From contig CAYZIY010000008.1 of the NCBI GenBank assembly GCA_964478715.1, forward strand, positions 17,704 through 81,703: DNA of 64,000 nucleotides, read 5' to 3'. A program made the position numbers and the translations under genes. Below are positions 26,727 through 37,362 of the stretch, in pieces. The notes under the pieces are model-generated. The model was not told the DNA's origin, made no database searches, and worked only from the letters and a program-made list of their open reading frames with translations. Source of the DNA: an uncultured Planctomycetales bacterium. GTDB taxonomy: Bacteria; Omnitrophota; Gorgyraeia; Zapsychrales; JBDRMG01. Each line of letters starts with the position of its first letter. Within the stretch, counting starts at the first letter, position 1.

Positions 26727-28823
26727 ATGGATTTATCTCGCGTCGAGATTCCCTTTGGTGACCAAAATCTCATTATCGAAACAGGAAAATTTGCAAAACT
26801 GGCCAGCGGGGCCGTAACCTTAACCTACGGCGGGACCGTTGTTTTGGTCACATCCTGTATGTCGAAAACAACTCGGGAAGGCATTGACTGGTTTCCGCTG
26901 ATGGTGGAATTCCAGGAAAAAACCTATGCCGCCGGACGAATACCCGGCGGTTTCTTTAAGCGCGAAGGACGCCCTTCGGAGAGCGAAATTTTGGCGGCCC
27001 GGATGATCGATCGCCCCATCCGTCCGCTCTTTCCCAAGGGAATGCGTAACGACGTTCAGGTTGTCGCCACTGTTTTAAGCAGTGACGGCGAAAACGATCC
27101 GGATGTCCTGGGTATCATCGGGGCTTCTGCGTCTTTGATGATCAGCGATATTCCTTTTAATGGTCCGGTGGGTGCTGTGCGCGTAGGGCTTATCGACGGT
27201 CAATTCGTTGCCAATCCCACTTATGTCCAGAGAGAGCAAAGCGATCTGGATATTATTGTCGTTGGCTACAGTGATCATGTGATCATGATTGAGGGAGAAG
27301 CTAAAGAAGTCGAAGAACAGAAAATGATGGAGGCTATTGCCTTTGGCTTTGAAAAATTAAAACCCGTTTCCGATATTCAGAAGGAAATGGTCAAAGAAGT
27401 TGGCAAAATGAAGATGGGGGTTAAGATCAAAAAGCAGAATCCCGAATTTGTTAAGAAAATAAAGGAACTTACCTTAAGCCGACTGACGGAAATCTACAAA
27501 ATGAGCCAAAAAGAAGACCGCCAAGAAGCTCTGGAAGTTTTACTGCAGGATCTCTCCAAGGATCTCAGTCAATTTGATGCTTACAAAAAAGACGATCAGG
27601 AGATCAGGGAGGCTGATATCAAGGAAGCTCTGGAAGAAGCAGAGGCCCAGGAAGTGCGCCGTATTGTTTTAGAAGAACGCCGGCGCGTGGATATGCGCGG
27701 ATTCGAAGATATCCGTCCTTTATCCTGCGAGGTTAAAGTCCTGCCGCGTACTCATGGCAGCGGGCTGTTCACCCGGGGTCAGACGCAAAGCCTCTCGGTG
27801 ACGACATTGGGAACGCGCACCGATGAACGGCTGATCGAGGCCCTGGAAGGCAAGAGCTACAAAACATTTATGCTGCATTACAATTTTCCGTCTTTCAGTG
27901 TGGGCGAAACCCGACCGATGCGTGGACCCGGCCGCAGGGAAATCGGTCACGGTGCCTTGGCCGAAAAAGCGATCAAGGCGGTCATGCCCACCAAAGAAGA
28001 ATTTCCCTACACGGTTCGGGTGGTCTCCGAAATTCTGGAATCCAACGGTTCGTCCAGTATGGCTACGGTGTGCGCGGCATCGCTTTCGTTGATGGACGCC
28101 GGAGTGCCGGTCAGCGAGGCGGTGGCTGGTATTTCCGTCGGGTTGGTTACCGGAGAAAATGAATCTGTTTTATTAACGGATATTATGGGTGTCGAAGATC
28201 ATCTGGGAGATATGGATTTCAAAGTAGCCGGAACCCGCAGGGGAATTACGGCTATCCAATTGGATCTTAAGATAGAGGGCATTGACCTCAATTTATTGAC
28301 ACAGGCCACGGAGCGGGCTAAACAGGCGCGGTTTAAAATCCTGGATAAGATGCATAGGGTGATTGATAAACCGCGTGATCAGATTTCTGATTATGCGCCA
28401 CGGTTGATTACTCTTAAGATCAACAGGGAAAAAATCGGAAGCTTGATCGGTCCCGGCGGAAAGAATATCCGGAAATTGATTGATGAAACCGGTTGCTCAA
28501 TCGATATCGAAGATGACGGGACCGTTGTGATTGCCTCGACCGTCAGCGAAGACGCCAATCGGGCCGCTGAGCAGATTCGCCTGATGATGGAAGAACCTGA
28601 AGTCGGAAAAGTCTACAATGCCAAAGTCACCCGCATCATGAACTTTGGGGCTTTTTGTGAATTTCTGCCCGGAAAAGAAGGTTTAGTGCACATTTCAGAA
28701 TTATCAAATGAGTACGTTAAAGACATTAATAAATATGTTAAAATAGGAGATGAGTTTAAGGTCAAACTGATTGAAATTGACGATCAGAACAGGTGTAACT
28801 TAAGCAAGAAAAAAGCTGAATGA
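26727..28823 (+). CDS. pnp: Polynucleotide phosphorylase
   Basis: Two RNase PH domains plus KH and S1 domains; 'GPGRREIGHGALAEKA' is present. Confidence 0.95.
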   Translation: MDLSRVEIPFGDQNLIIETGKFAKLASGAVTLTYGGTVVLVTSCMSKTTREGIDWFPLMVEFQEKTYAAGRIPGGFFKREGRPSESEILAARMIDRPIRPLFPKGMRNDVQVVATVLSSDGENDPDVLGIIGASASLMISDIPFNGPVGAVRVGLIDGQFVANPTYVQREQSDLDIIVVGYSDHVIMIEGEAKEVEEQKMMEAIAFGFEKLKPVSDIQKEMVKEVGKMKMGVKIKKQNPEFVKKIKELTLSRLTEIYKMSQKEDRQEALEVLLQDLSKDLSQFDAYKKDDQEIREADIKEALEEAEAQEVRRIVLEERRRVDMRGFEDIRPLSCEVKVLPRTHGSGLFTRGQTQSLSVTTLGTRTDERLIEALEGKSYKTFMLHYNFPSFSVGETRPMRGPGRREIGHGALAEKAIKAVMPTKEEFPYTVRVVSEILESNGSSSMATVCAASLSLMDAGVPVSEAVAGISVGLVTGENESVLLTDIMGVEDHLGDMDFKVAGTRRGITAIQLDLKIEGIDLNLLTQATERAKQARFKILDKMHRVIDKPRDQISDYAPRLITLKINREKIGSLIGPGGKNIRKLIDETGCSIDIEDDGTVVIASTVSEDANRAAEQIRLMMEEPEVGKVYNAKVTRIMNFGAFCEFLPGKEGLVHISELSNEYVKDINKYVKIGDEFKVKLIEIDDQNRCNLSKKKAE

Positions 28824-31060
28824 GACGACATTACATTGATGAAATCAAATCAGTGCTTATTCTTTCTTGCGCTGTTATTTTATTCTTAAGCTTATTTTCT
28901 TTTGTCCCCGAAGATCTTCCCTGGTATGCTTCTCCACCCAATAAAGATGTTCACAATCTAATCTCCGTTTTTGGTGCCTATTTGGCCGGAAGCCTTATGT
29001 TTGTTTTTGGCTACGGCAGTTATTTTCTGGTGGCTTTTCTGATTTACTGGGCGTGGGAAGTTTTTTACGCTCGGCCGCTCAAATGGTCTCTTTCTAAAAT
29101 GTTGTGCTTCTTTGTTTTTATTGGTTCCACCAGCAGTCTTTTGAGCATGTTCGGATCCCAGGAGCAGACGGCCCGGTTTGTTCGTTCGGGAATTGTGGGG
29201 TTGACGGTTTCTAATTTTCTGACTACCTATTGCGGAGGACCAGGCGCTTTTATTATCTTGATGACCTTGGCGATTTTAAGCGTTGTGCTCTTGGGGGAAT
29301 TTTTGTTGTCCCCGCTTGTCGTGACGCTTTTTCGGCAATTGAAATCAACTTTTATTATCCTTTGGCAAAAAATGCATTCTGGTTTGAGCCGGTTGAAGGA
29401 GCGAAGCAATAAACCGAAGCCCGTTGTCTTAGCTCGTTCAACGCCTGCGGAAAAAATGAAACGCGTTACACAGCCAGCGGACGGGAAGAAGGCGGATGCG
29501 GGAAAACAAACACCGCTAAAAGACTTCAAGAAGATGCCGGAAGCCAGAATACCCGCAACACCACGAATTACGGTCACTGAAAAAAAACCGGAATCCTCGA
29601 CGGTGATTTCTCAGAAAGAAAGATCCGTAGGAGATTACAAGCTGCCCACGCTTGATCTTCTAAAAGACCCCCCGGGTATTTCGGCCAGAAAAATGCAAGG
29701 GGATCTGATGAATGGCGCAAAAACGCTGGAAAATACTTTAGCCAATTTCGGGGTTGACGCGCGTGTCGCCGATATTGAACGGGGTCCTGTGATTACCCGT
29801 TTTGAACTGGAACCAGCCCCGGGGGTGAAGGTTCAAAGAATCACGACTCTTTCCGACGATATCGCTTTGGCCATGCAGGCGCAGACCGTGCGGATTGTCG
29901 CTCCTATTCCGGGGAAAAATCGGGTTGGCATTGAGGTCCCCAATCTTTCGACCAGTCTTGTTTATCTTAAGGAAGTTTTAGCGCAGTCTCAATTTCAGAA
30001 TTCTAAAGACAAAATCGCCTTAGCCTTGGGGAAAGATATTTCCGGAAAAACACTTGTGGCTGATTTAGCGGATATGCCTCATCTGCTGATTGCCGGCACC
30101 ACCGGAGCGGGAAAAACCGTTTGTTTAAACAGCATTATCATGTCGATGCTATTTCGCAGCGCTCCGCATGAGGTCAAATTTCTTTTTGTAGATCCGAAGA
30201 TGGTGGAGCTCTCTATTTACAATAAATTGCCCCATGCCCTGTGTCCGGCGGTTACCGATCCGAAGAAAGTGTCGGCAGCACTCAATTGGGTAGTCGGAGA
30301 GATGGAATCCCGGTACAACCTGCTGGCCGAAGAAGGTGTGCGTAATATTGTGGAATACAACAGGATCAAAGACGATAAGCTGCCCTACATTGTGGTTGTT
30401 GTCGATGAGCTGGCCGATCTGATGCAAGTGGCTGCCAAGAATATCGAAAGCGCAATTACCCGTCTGGCGCAGCTTTCGCGGGCGGTGGGTATTCATCTGA
30501 TTTTAGCCACCCAGCGACCCTCGGTCAATGTGATCACGGGTGTCATCAAGGCCAATTTTCCGGCGAGAATTTCATTTAAAGTGGCCTCCAAGGTTGACAG
30601 TCGTACTGTATTGGATATGAATGGCGCTGAGGCGCTTTTAGGTAAAGGGGACATGCTTTTTATGAAACCCGGTGAGGCTAAGCCCACCCGGGCTCAGTGT
30701 ACGCTTGTTTCCGATGAGGAAATCAATGATGTGATCGGCTTTATCAAGGCCCAACAGGGACCCCAATACAATGACGATATTCTAAAAAAACAAACTAAGG
30801 GGAGCTCGGGAAACGTTGAAGACAAAGATGAACTTTACGATGAGGCCGTGCGACTTGTGGTGGAAACCAATCAGGCTTCCGTATCCATTTTACAAAGGCG
30901 TATGCGCTTAGGTTATACCCGGGCGGCACGGCTGATTGATATGATGGAGCAGGAAGGCGTGGTTGGTCCCTATGCGGGTAGCAAACCCAGGGAATTATTG
31001 GTCAATCGTGAAGAATGGCTTATGCAAAATATGAGCGATCGGGGAAGTGCCAATGGCTGA
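28820..31060 (+). CDS. ftsK: DNA translocase FtsK/SpoIIIE
   Basis: N-terminal TM helices, a linker, then 'LLIAGTTGAGKTVCLNSII', 'VVVDELADLM' and a C-terminal gamma domain. Confidence 0.9.
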   Translation: MRRHYIDEIKSVLILSCAVILFLSLFSFVPEDLPWYASPPNKDVHNLISVFGAYLAGSLMFVFGYGSYFLVAFLIYWAWEVFYARPLKWSLSKMLCFFVFIGSTSSLLSMFGSQEQTARFVRSGIVGLTVSNFLTTYCGGPGAFIILMTLAILSVVLLGEFLLSPLVVTLFRQLKSTFIILWQKMHSGLSRLKERSNKPKPVVLARSTPAEKMKRVTQPADGKKADAGKQTPLKDFKKMPEARIPATPRITVTEKKPESSTVISQKERSVGDYKLPTLDLLKDPPGISARKMQGDLMNGAKTLENTLANFGVDARVADIERGPVITRFELEPAPGVKVQRITTLSDDIALAMQAQTVRIVAPIPGKNRVGIEVPNLSTSLVYLKEVLAQSQFQNSKDKIALALGKDISGKTLVADLADMPHLLIAGTTGAGKTVCLNSIIMSMLFRSAPHEVKFLFVDPKMVELSIYNKLPHALCPAVTDPKKVSAALNWVVGEMESRYNLLAEEGVRNIVEYNRIKDDKLPYIVVVVDELADLMQVAAKNIESAITRLAQLSRAVGIHLILATQRPSVNVITGVIKANFPARISFKVASKVDSRTVLDMNGAEALLGKGDMLFMKPGEAKPTRAQCTLVSDEEINDVIGFIKAQQGPQYNDDILKKQTKGSSGNVEDKDELYDEAVRLVVETNQASVSILQRRMRLGYTRAARLIDMMEQEGVVGPYAGSKPRELLVNREEWLMQNMSDRGSANG

Positions 31061-31898
31061 ACAAAAACACAAAGGAGTTTACCTGAAGCAGGCCCGCGAG
31101 GCCAAAGGAATTAGCCTGCAGAGCGTGCATGAAGTTACCAAGATCCCGATGGATGCTTTGCGCGCTATTGAAGAAGGCTATACAGTTCGTACGCTTTCTT
31201 CATTTTACATGAGGGGTTTCACAAAAATGTATGCCCAGTACTTAGGCATCGATATCCATGATGTTGTCGAAGATTATCAGCCGGAGAAAATTCCTAAACC
31301 GGTAAAAGGCGATGATACAGAGACCTTTAACGAAAAATTCCGCAATTTAATTTCCCGAGGAAAGAGCCAGATGATCTTAAGAATCATCATTGTCGTTGTG
31401 GCAATTCTGCTGTTGATTCGCATTGGCGGATGTGTCAAACGATTCATGGTCAATCGTCCACAGCGGATAGCCCAGAGAGAGAAAATCGCCCGGCAAAGGG
31501 CCGATTTAAAAAAGGCCCAACAAAAAGAACAAGAGCGCGCCGCGCAGGCGCAAGCACCCGCAACTCCCGCCAGAGAACAACAACCTTCCGGAAAAGAGCA
31601 GACAAAGAAGGTTCAGGGAATCGCTTTTGATACCGCTTCGGATACAATCAGCTTGACCGTAAGAGCCAAGAAAAATACCTGGTTGCAAGTCAAGGTGGAT
31701 GGGTCCATTGTTTTTCAGTCAACCTTTCGGCACGGGTCTGTTGAAACATGGAAGGCCCAGGAGAAAATCGAGCTGGCCGGAAAAGATTTGCATGAGTTGG
31801 AATTCGAACTGAACGGACAGCTTATCGGTTCTTTGGGCCGAAGCAGAAGGCGTGCCAGCAAAGTAATCGTCACCCAAAGCGGTTTGACAACGGAATAA
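31047..31898 (+). CDS. RodZ-like HTH membrane protein
   Basis: N-terminal HTH 'LKQAREAKGISLQSVHEVTKIP', a single TM helix, and a C-terminal beta domain. Confidence 0.6.
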   Translation: MPMAEQKHKGVYLKQAREAKGISLQSVHEVTKIPMDALRAIEEGYTVRTLSSFYMRGFTKMYAQYLGIDIHDVVEDYQPEKIPKPVKGDDTETFNEKFRNLISRGKSQMILRIIIVVVAILLLIRIGGCVKRFMVNRPQRIAQREKIARQRADLKKAQQKEQERAAQAQAPATPAREQQPSGKEQTKKVQGIAFDTASDTISLTVRAKKNTWLQVKVDGSIVFQSTFRHGSVETWKAQEKIELAGKDLHELEFELNGQLIGSLGRSRRRASKVIVTQSGLTTE

Positions 31899-31905
31899 TA
31901 AGTCA

Positions 31906-33201
31906 TTGAAAAGTAAAAACTTGATGATCAACAAAGGATCCCTGCCGACGGTAGGGATTTTGAATTTAGGGTGTGTGCGCAATATCGTGGATTCTCAGCT
32001 TATTGCCGGACGCCTGCAGTCAAAAGGATATGCCGTCAAGCCGGGCGCAGAAAAGATCGATATTGTTATCATTAATACTTGCGGCTTTATTGAAGGAGCC
32101 AAAGAGGAATCGATCGATGTGATCCTGAGGTGTCTTGATTTGAAACAGCATGGACGGATCCAAAAAGTGATTGTTGCCGGTTGCCTGTCTCAGCGTTATG
32201 CTCTTGAGTTGATCCGCGAATGTCCTCAGATCGATGCCGTAGTCGGCGTGCTGGCTTTGGAGAAGACCAGGAATCTGCCCCAGAAAATCTTAACGCCCCG
32301 TCATTACGCTTATGTCAAAATATGCGAAAGCTGTCTGCATCATTGCAGTTTTTGCGCTATTCCCCAGATCAAGGGATCTTTTCTATCACGTAGCATTCAT
32401 TCCATTTTAGAAGAAATCGAATATCTGGATTATCGTCGGACAAAAGAAATAATTTTGATCGGACAGGACACCACATCTTTTGGTTTGGATTGCACCAAGC
32501 GTCCGCAATTAACGCGGCTTCTTAAACAGATACTCAAAAAAACCCGCCATATTCGGTGGATCAGAATTCTTTATGCTTATCCGTCTTTAATCGATGAGGA
32601 ATTGCTAGATTTAATGTCCGAGGAAGAGCGGATTTGTTCTTATCTGGATATTCCCCTGCAGCATATCAGCGATCGGATACTCAAGAAGATGAATAGACCT
32701 TTTTTAAGCCGTTGCACAAGGAACTTGATCGAACAAGTGCGAAGCAAAGTTTCCGGAATTTGCTTGCGTACTAGTTTAATGGTGGGATTTCCCGGAGAGA
32801 CCGAATCGGAATTTCAAGAACTGTGTGAATTTGTCTCAGACATGCAGTTTAACCGCTTAGGTGTCTTTCCCTATTCGCAAGAAGAGGGGACAAAAGCCGC
32901 AAAACTGCCGCAGCAAGTGGCTGAGGCCGTTAAAAAAAGGCGGGTCGCGCATATCATGCGCCTTCAGAGAAAAATATCCCGCCAAAATCTTAAAAGATTT
33001 ATCGGCACGATCCAGGAGATTGTGATTGACGAACGGGATCCTAATGAAGAGAATATTTATGTGGGGCGCACCCGGTTTGATGCTCCGGAAGTAGACGGCA
33101 GTGTTCTTTTATCGTCCCAGAAAAGACGGGCGATCGGTTCTCTCGTGAAGGTGAAGATCACCGACTCTTACGAATATGATTTAATAGGTCAAGCGTTATG
33201 A
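31906..33201 (+). CDS. rimO: Ribosomal protein S12 methylthiotransferase RimO (MiaB-family radical SAM)
   Basis: Motifs 'LGCVRNIVDS', 'LTPRHYAYVKICESCLHHCSFCAIP' and a C-terminal TRAM domain ending '...VKITDSYEYDLIGQAL'. Confidence 0.8.
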   Translation: MKSKNLMINKGSLPTVGILNLGCVRNIVDSQLIAGRLQSKGYAVKPGAEKIDIVIINTCGFIEGAKEESIDVILRCLDLKQHGRIQKVIVAGCLSQRYALELIRECPQIDAVVGVLALEKTRNLPQKILTPRHYAYVKICESCLHHCSFCAIPQIKGSFLSRSIHSILEEIEYLDYRRTKEIILIGQDTTSFGLDCTKRPQLTRLLKQILKKTRHIRWIRILYAYPSLIDEELLDLMSEEERICSYLDIPLQHISDRILKKMNRPFLSRCTRNLIEQVRSKVSGICLRTSLMVGFPGETESEFQELCEFVSDMQFNRLGVFPYSQEEGTKAAKLPQQVAEAVKKRRVAHIMRLQRKISRQNLKRFIGTIQEIVIDERDPNEENIYVGRTRFDAPEVDGSVLLSSQKRRAIGSLVKVKITDSYEYDLIGQAL

Positions 33202-33776
33202 ATTTGCCCAATAAACTGACTCTTTCGCGTTTTGTAATGACTTTCTTTTTTATCTATTTTATCTCCCGAGAAAGTCTGGCGGCTATGATGAGTGCGACCT
33301 TCATCTTTTCTTTGGCTTCTTTTACCGATTATCTTGACGGTTATTTAGCCAAGAAAAATAATCAGATTAGTGATTTTGGGGTGATGATGGATCCGATTGC
33401 AGACAAATTTTTGATCTTGGCCGCTTTTATTGCCTTTGTCCGGATGCAGATTGTGGACGATTGGATGGTGGTCGTGATTTTGGGACGGGAAATCATTGTA
33501 ACGGGATTCCGCCTGTTTGCCATGAGCCGGGGAAAGGTTTTGGCTGCCGAGCGGGCTGGAAAACATAAAACGGTCTCCCAGATTGTCGCGATTTTCTCCA
33601 TCCTGGGGCTTCTGATTTTCCGGGCGTCCTGGATGGCTTTATCCCAATGGTCAATGAATATCGAAACCTGGTGGCAGATTGTTGTTGATATCCTGATGCT
33701 CATTACAGTGGTGCTGACATTGATTTCGGGTATTTCTTTTATGATCAAAAACAGAAAACTTCTTCATCTTCAGTAA
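33198..33776 (+). CDS. pgsA: CDP-diacylglycerol--glycerol-3-phosphate 3-phosphatidyltransferase
   Basis: The CDP-alcohol phosphotransferase motif 'DYLDGYLAKKNNQISDFGVMMDPIADK' is present. Confidence 0.85.
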   Translation: MNLPNKLTLSRFVMTFFFIYFISRESLAAMMSATFIFSLASFTDYLDGYLAKKNNQISDFGVMMDPIADKFLILAAFIAFVRMQIVDDWMVVVILGREIIVTGFRLFAMSRGKVLAAERAGKHKTVSQIVAIFSILGLLIFRASWMALSQWSMNIETWWQIVVDILMLITVVLTLISGISFMIKNRKLLHLQ

Positions 33777-33777
33777 G

Positions 33778-34242
33778 ATGATACGATTACTGACAACTTT
33801 TTTCTATGTCGGATATTTCCCGATAGCGTCGGGTTCTTTGGCCAGTGTCTGTGGACTGCTTTTGGCTGTCATTTTTTCGTCTTCGCTCTGGATGTATTCT
33901 GGCGTGATATTAATTTTCACGGCCTTAGGATTAGGCCTAAGCGGAAAAATGGAAGAGGCCTTGAGTGAAAAGGATCCGCCTTGCGTCGTGATTGATGAAG
34001 TAGTCGGCATGATGATCGCTCTTTTTGGCATTACGCTTTCTCCCGCGCGGTTAATTACAGCTTTTTTTCTTTTTCGCGCTTTTGATATGTTTAAGATTTA
34101 TCCCGTTCAGAGATTTGAGAAAATGGACGGCGCTTACGGGATCATGTTCGATGATATTGTGGCCGGCTTTTACACCAATTTGATTATGCGCATTAGTATG
34201 GCTTTAAGTTCGGCCGCTTTCTTGAGAGACATAGTAAATTGA
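33778..34242 (+). CDS. pgpA: Phosphatidylglycerophosphatase A
   Basis: 'LLTTFFYVGYFPIASGSLASV' is typical of PgpA. Confidence 0.8.
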   Translation: MIRLLTTFFYVGYFPIASGSLASVCGLLLAVIFSSSLWMYSGVILIFTALGLGLSGKMEEALSEKDPPCVVIDEVVGMMIALFGITLSPARLITAFFLFRAFDMFKIYPVQRFEKMDGAYGIMFDDIVAGFYTNLIMRISMALSSAAFLRDIVN

Positions 34243-34265
34243 AATGCATGCCCACAGGATGAATC

Positions 34266-34493
34266 ATGGTCAAAGTCGTTACTTTCTTACTGATTCTCGT
34301 TCTGGTTATTTTTATTATTCAGGATAGTCATTTGATCGTGAAGCGTACGGTAACCGATGATTTTCTGGGTGCCAGTCGGGAAGAATATTATTTTCAATGG
34401 AACAATTTTCTCTCCTATTGGAAAGAGATTCCTCAAAAAATTATTTCGGTCGGCGAAGAAGTGAATTTATTTTTTGAAGTTAAAAAGCGCTAA
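34266..34493 (+). CDS. Small hypothetical membrane protein
   Basis: N-terminal TM helix 'VVTFLLILVLVIFII'. Confidence 0.35.
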   Translation: MVKVVTFLLILVLVIFIIQDSHLIVKRTVTDDFLGASREEYYFQWNNFLSYWKEIPQKIISVGEEVNLFFEVKKR

Positions 34494-34505
34494 AAGATTA
34501 TGATT

Positions 34506-35084
34506 TCAATTAGATAAACAAAGAACACTATACAGGATGTCATAGATTGGTCCGCGGGGAGTAAGGGTGCTTTTGATCAGATTTACGCGCGTTATGGATT
34601 GCTTGATCGTTTGATTTAAACGGTATTTCTTGAGATTATGAATCAGTGGGAATTTGTTTGCAGGAGAACGCACCCGACCTAGCGTGATATGAGCCTGAAA
34701 GGGGCGTTTTTCTTTTTCGAAACCAATTTCTTTTAGTCGGTCATCAATCGATTTAGCGATGCGGATGATTGGCTCTCTTCCCTGCTCCAATCCGGCCCAA
34801 ATAACTTTGGGGTTTTCGATTCTCGGAAAGGCGCCCACTTCAATGATGCTGATTGACCAGGAAGGCTCATGATCAAGGACGCCATGAAGAATATTCTTGA
34901 TGTTATCGATTTGATTAACGGAAATGTTTCCTAGAAATTTTATCGTCAAATGGATGTTTTCCGGCTTGACCCATTTGATATGAGCTTCGGATTCTTCTAG
35001 ATGTTTTTGAATATCCTTAAGAGCATTTTTTGTTTCGGAATTCAGTTCAAAGGCGATAAAAGCACGGATTGATTCATTGCTCAT
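34506..35084 (-). CDS. thpR: RNA 2',3'-cyclic phosphodiesterase (ThpR/LigT, 2H phosphoesterase)
   Basis: Start placed at ATG 35084 (MSNESIRAFIAFEL). Two H-x-T/S-x motifs are present: 'HLTIKF' and 'HITLGR'. Track ORF 34506..35300 (-) is in the same frame; its start at 35300 is rejected because the extra 72 N-terminal residues have no homology and would overlap pncC by about 227 nt. Confidence 0.75.
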   Translation of the reverse strand: MSNESIRAFIAFELNSETKNALKDIQKHLEESEAHIKWVKPENIHLTIKFLGNISVNQIDNIKNILHGVLDHEPSWSISIIEVGAFPRIENPKVIWAGLEQGREPIIRIAKSIDDRLKEIGFEKEKRPFQAHITLGRVRSPANKFPLIHNLKKYRLNQTIKQSITRVNLIKSTLTPRGPIYDILYSVLCLSN

Positions 35085-35598
35085 GGATGAAATCCAGAAG
35101 GATTTGCAGGGCCTTTCGGCATGATTGATTTTTGATGCTTTGGCGTTTGCCCCTGAATTGAAATACCTGGCAAACGCCTGTCTTACGACCTGAAACCGCG
35201 ATACAAACCAGTCCGACCGGCTTGGTTTTGCTTCCCCCGCCCGGTCCGGCGATTCCGGTAATGCCGATTCCATAATCAGCGCGGAAAATCTTACGGACAT
35301 GGAGGGCCATTGTTTTGGCTACGGGCTCGCTGACGGCTCCGTGTTTTGTTAAAACCGATGGCGGGATTTTTAAGACACTGCGCTTGACTTGATTGGAATA
35401 AGCCACAATGCCGCAAACAAACCATTGGCTGGAGCCGGGAATATTGGTTAATCGATGAGAGAGTAGCCCCCCGCTGCAGGATTCAGACACAGCGAGTGAT
35501 CTTCTCTTAACTCTAAGAGTCTCAGCGACTTTCTTCTCTAATGTTACCGTGGTCTTTGTCATTGAGTTCATTATACGTAAGGATAAAAATCTTGACAA
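35074..35598 (-). CDS. pncC: CinA C-terminal domain protein / NMN deamidase PncC
   Basis: 'LAVSESCSGGLLSHRLTNIPGSS...GIVAYSN...GAVSEPVAKTMA...GITGIAGPGGGSKTKPVGLV' is present. Confidence 0.8.
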   Translation of the reverse strand: MSRFLSLRIMNSMTKTTVTLEKKVAETLRVKRRSLAVSESCSGGLLSHRLTNIPGSSQWFVCGIVAYSNQVKRSVLKIPPSVLTKHGAVSEPVAKTMALHVRKIFRADYGIGITGIAGPGGGSKTKPVGLVCIAVSGRKTGVCQVFQFRGKRQSIKNQSCRKALQILLDFIHEQ

Positions 35599-35661
35599 GG
35601 AAAACTATTTGAATTATAGTTTTTATTTATATAATATTAATATTAAATATGAGGAGTCGAT

Positions 35662-36864
35662 ATGTTCAATTCAATCGAAGAGACCATTAAAGATTTGCAG
35701 CAGGGTAAAATGGTCATCGTCATGGACGATGAAGGACGTGAAAACGAAGGGGATTTGGTTGTCGCGGCTGAACACTGCCAACCGGAACATATCAATTTTA
35801 TGGCCAATAATGCTCGGGGTCTGATTTGCGTCCCCATGGAAGAGAAGCGGCTGGATGAACTCCAACTGTTTCCGATGCTGGATGCGTACAATGATCGGGA
35901 GCATAAAAAGTGCAATACCGCCTGGGTTATTTCTGTCGATGCCTCTAAGGGCGTGACAACCGGCATATCGGCTTATGATCGCGCCCATACAGTCAAGGCG
36001 TTGATTGATCCCAAAGCCAAAGCCGAAGATTTCGTGGTGCCGGGACACCTTTTCCCTCTGCGCGCCCGCGAGGGCGGCGTTTTAGTTCGTGCCGGCCATA
36101 CCGAAGCTAGCGTGGATTTGATGAAAATCGCCGGATTAACGCCGGCCGCGGTTATTTGTGAAGTGATGAACGATGACGGGACCATGGCCCGCACACCCGA
36201 TTTATTTAAATTTGCCAAAAAAAATGATTTAAAAATCTGTACCATCGATCATCTCATCGAATACCGTCGCAAGTACGAGAAACTGATTATTCGTGGTCCA
36301 CAATCCGAATTACCGACTAAATTTGGAACTTTTCAGATGATCGGCTATGTGTCTAAAGTCGATCAACTTTGCCATATTGCTTTGATTTACGGTGAGATTG
36401 ACAGCAAGAAACCTATTATGGTTCGTGTTCAAAGCGAATGCTTAACCGGAGATGTTTTCGGTTCGCTGCGCTGTGATTGCGGAGATCAACTCTCTACTTC
36501 TCTGCGGATGATCAGCGAGCAGGGCGGCGGGATTCTTCTGTATCTGCGCCAGGAAGGACGCGGTATCGGTTTGGCTAATAAGATTCAGGCTTATCATTTG
36601 CAGGATAAGGGTATGGATACGGTAGAGGCCAACGAAGCCCTGGGTTTTATTCCCGATTTGCGGACCTACGGGATCGGAGCGCAAATTCTGGTTGACCTGG
36701 GAGTCAAAGAGATTCGCCTGCTGACTAATAATCCGCGCAAAATCGTCGGCCTGGAAGGATACCACTTGAAGGTTGTTGAGCGCATTCCGATGAAGATTCC
36801 GCATAATCCCATCAATGAGAAATACCTGAAAACAAAAAAAGCAAAGCTGGGACACCTGATTTAG
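35662..36864 (+). CDS. ribBA: Bifunctional 3,4-dihydroxy-2-butanone-4-phosphate synthase / GTP cyclohydrolase II
   Basis: 'DDEGRENEGDLVVAAE' marks DHBP synthase. 'CLTGDVFGSLRCDCGDQL' marks GTP cyclohydrolase II. Confidence 0.95.
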   Translation: MFNSIEETIKDLQQGKMVIVMDDEGRENEGDLVVAAEHCQPEHINFMANNARGLICVPMEEKRLDELQLFPMLDAYNDREHKKCNTAWVISVDASKGVTTGISAYDRAHTVKALIDPKAKAEDFVVPGHLFPLRAREGGVLVRAGHTEASVDLMKIAGLTPAAVICEVMNDDGTMARTPDLFKFAKKNDLKICTIDHLIEYRRKYEKLIIRGPQSELPTKFGTFQMIGYVSKVDQLCHIALIYGEIDSKKPIMVRVQSECLTGDVFGSLRCDCGDQLSTSLRMISEQGGGILLYLRQEGRGIGLANKIQAYHLQDKGMDTVEANEALGFIPDLRTYGIGAQILVDLGVKEIRLLTNNPRKIVGLEGYHLKVVERIPMKIPHNPINEKYLKTKKAKLGHLI

Positions 36865-36876
36865 AATTAAACTCGC

Positions 36877-37353
36877 TTGTCTACGGCGGATAAAACGATG
36901 AAAAAGCAAAAAAGGGAATCTTCACAAGCAAGGATTTGTATCATTGCTTCACGCTTTAACGAATCGATCACTCAGCGTTTGGTGACAGCTTGTGTTGATG
37001 AGCTTGGGAAAAGGGGAATCAAAGAGAAAGAGTTGGCTGTTTTCTGGGTTCCCGGATCGTTTGAGATTCCTCTTTTAGCTTTGAAGCTGGCCCGCAAGAA
37101 GAAAACCAAAGCGGTGATTTGTCTGGGGGCGATTATCAAAGGGGAGACCCTGCACTATGAGCTGGTGGCCCAGGCAACCGCGCAAGGGATTGCTCGCGGG
37201 GCTTTGATGACAGCAAAGCCCTTTATTTTTGAAGTCTTGGCAGCCGATACGCTTGAGCTGGCTCAAAGACGGGCTCAGACCAAAGGGCCCAACAAAGGCC
37301 GGGATGCGGCTTTAGCGGCTCTTGAAATGTTAGATCTTTTAAAAAGAATTTAA
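36877..37353 (+). CDS. ribH: 6,7-dimethyl-8-ribityllumazine synthase
   Basis: 'ARICIIASRFNESITQRL...VPGSFEIP...LGAIIKGETLHYELVA' is present. Confidence 0.9.
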   Translation: MSTADKTMKKQKRESSQARICIIASRFNESITQRLVTACVDELGKRGIKEKELAVFWVPGSFEIPLLALKLARKKKTKAVICLGAIIKGETLHYELVAQATAQGIARGALMTAKPFIFEVLAADTLELAQRRAQTKGPNKGRDAALAALEMLDLLKRI

Positions 37354-37362
37354 ATTATCGCC

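Noticed and set aside
35580-35661. A possible FMN riboswitch upstream of ribBA
   Set aside because: Only 64 bp of AT-rich spacer lies between the pncC stop and the ribBA start, with none of the conserved FMN-element stems visible. The region looks like a plain promoter (TTGACA at 35593).
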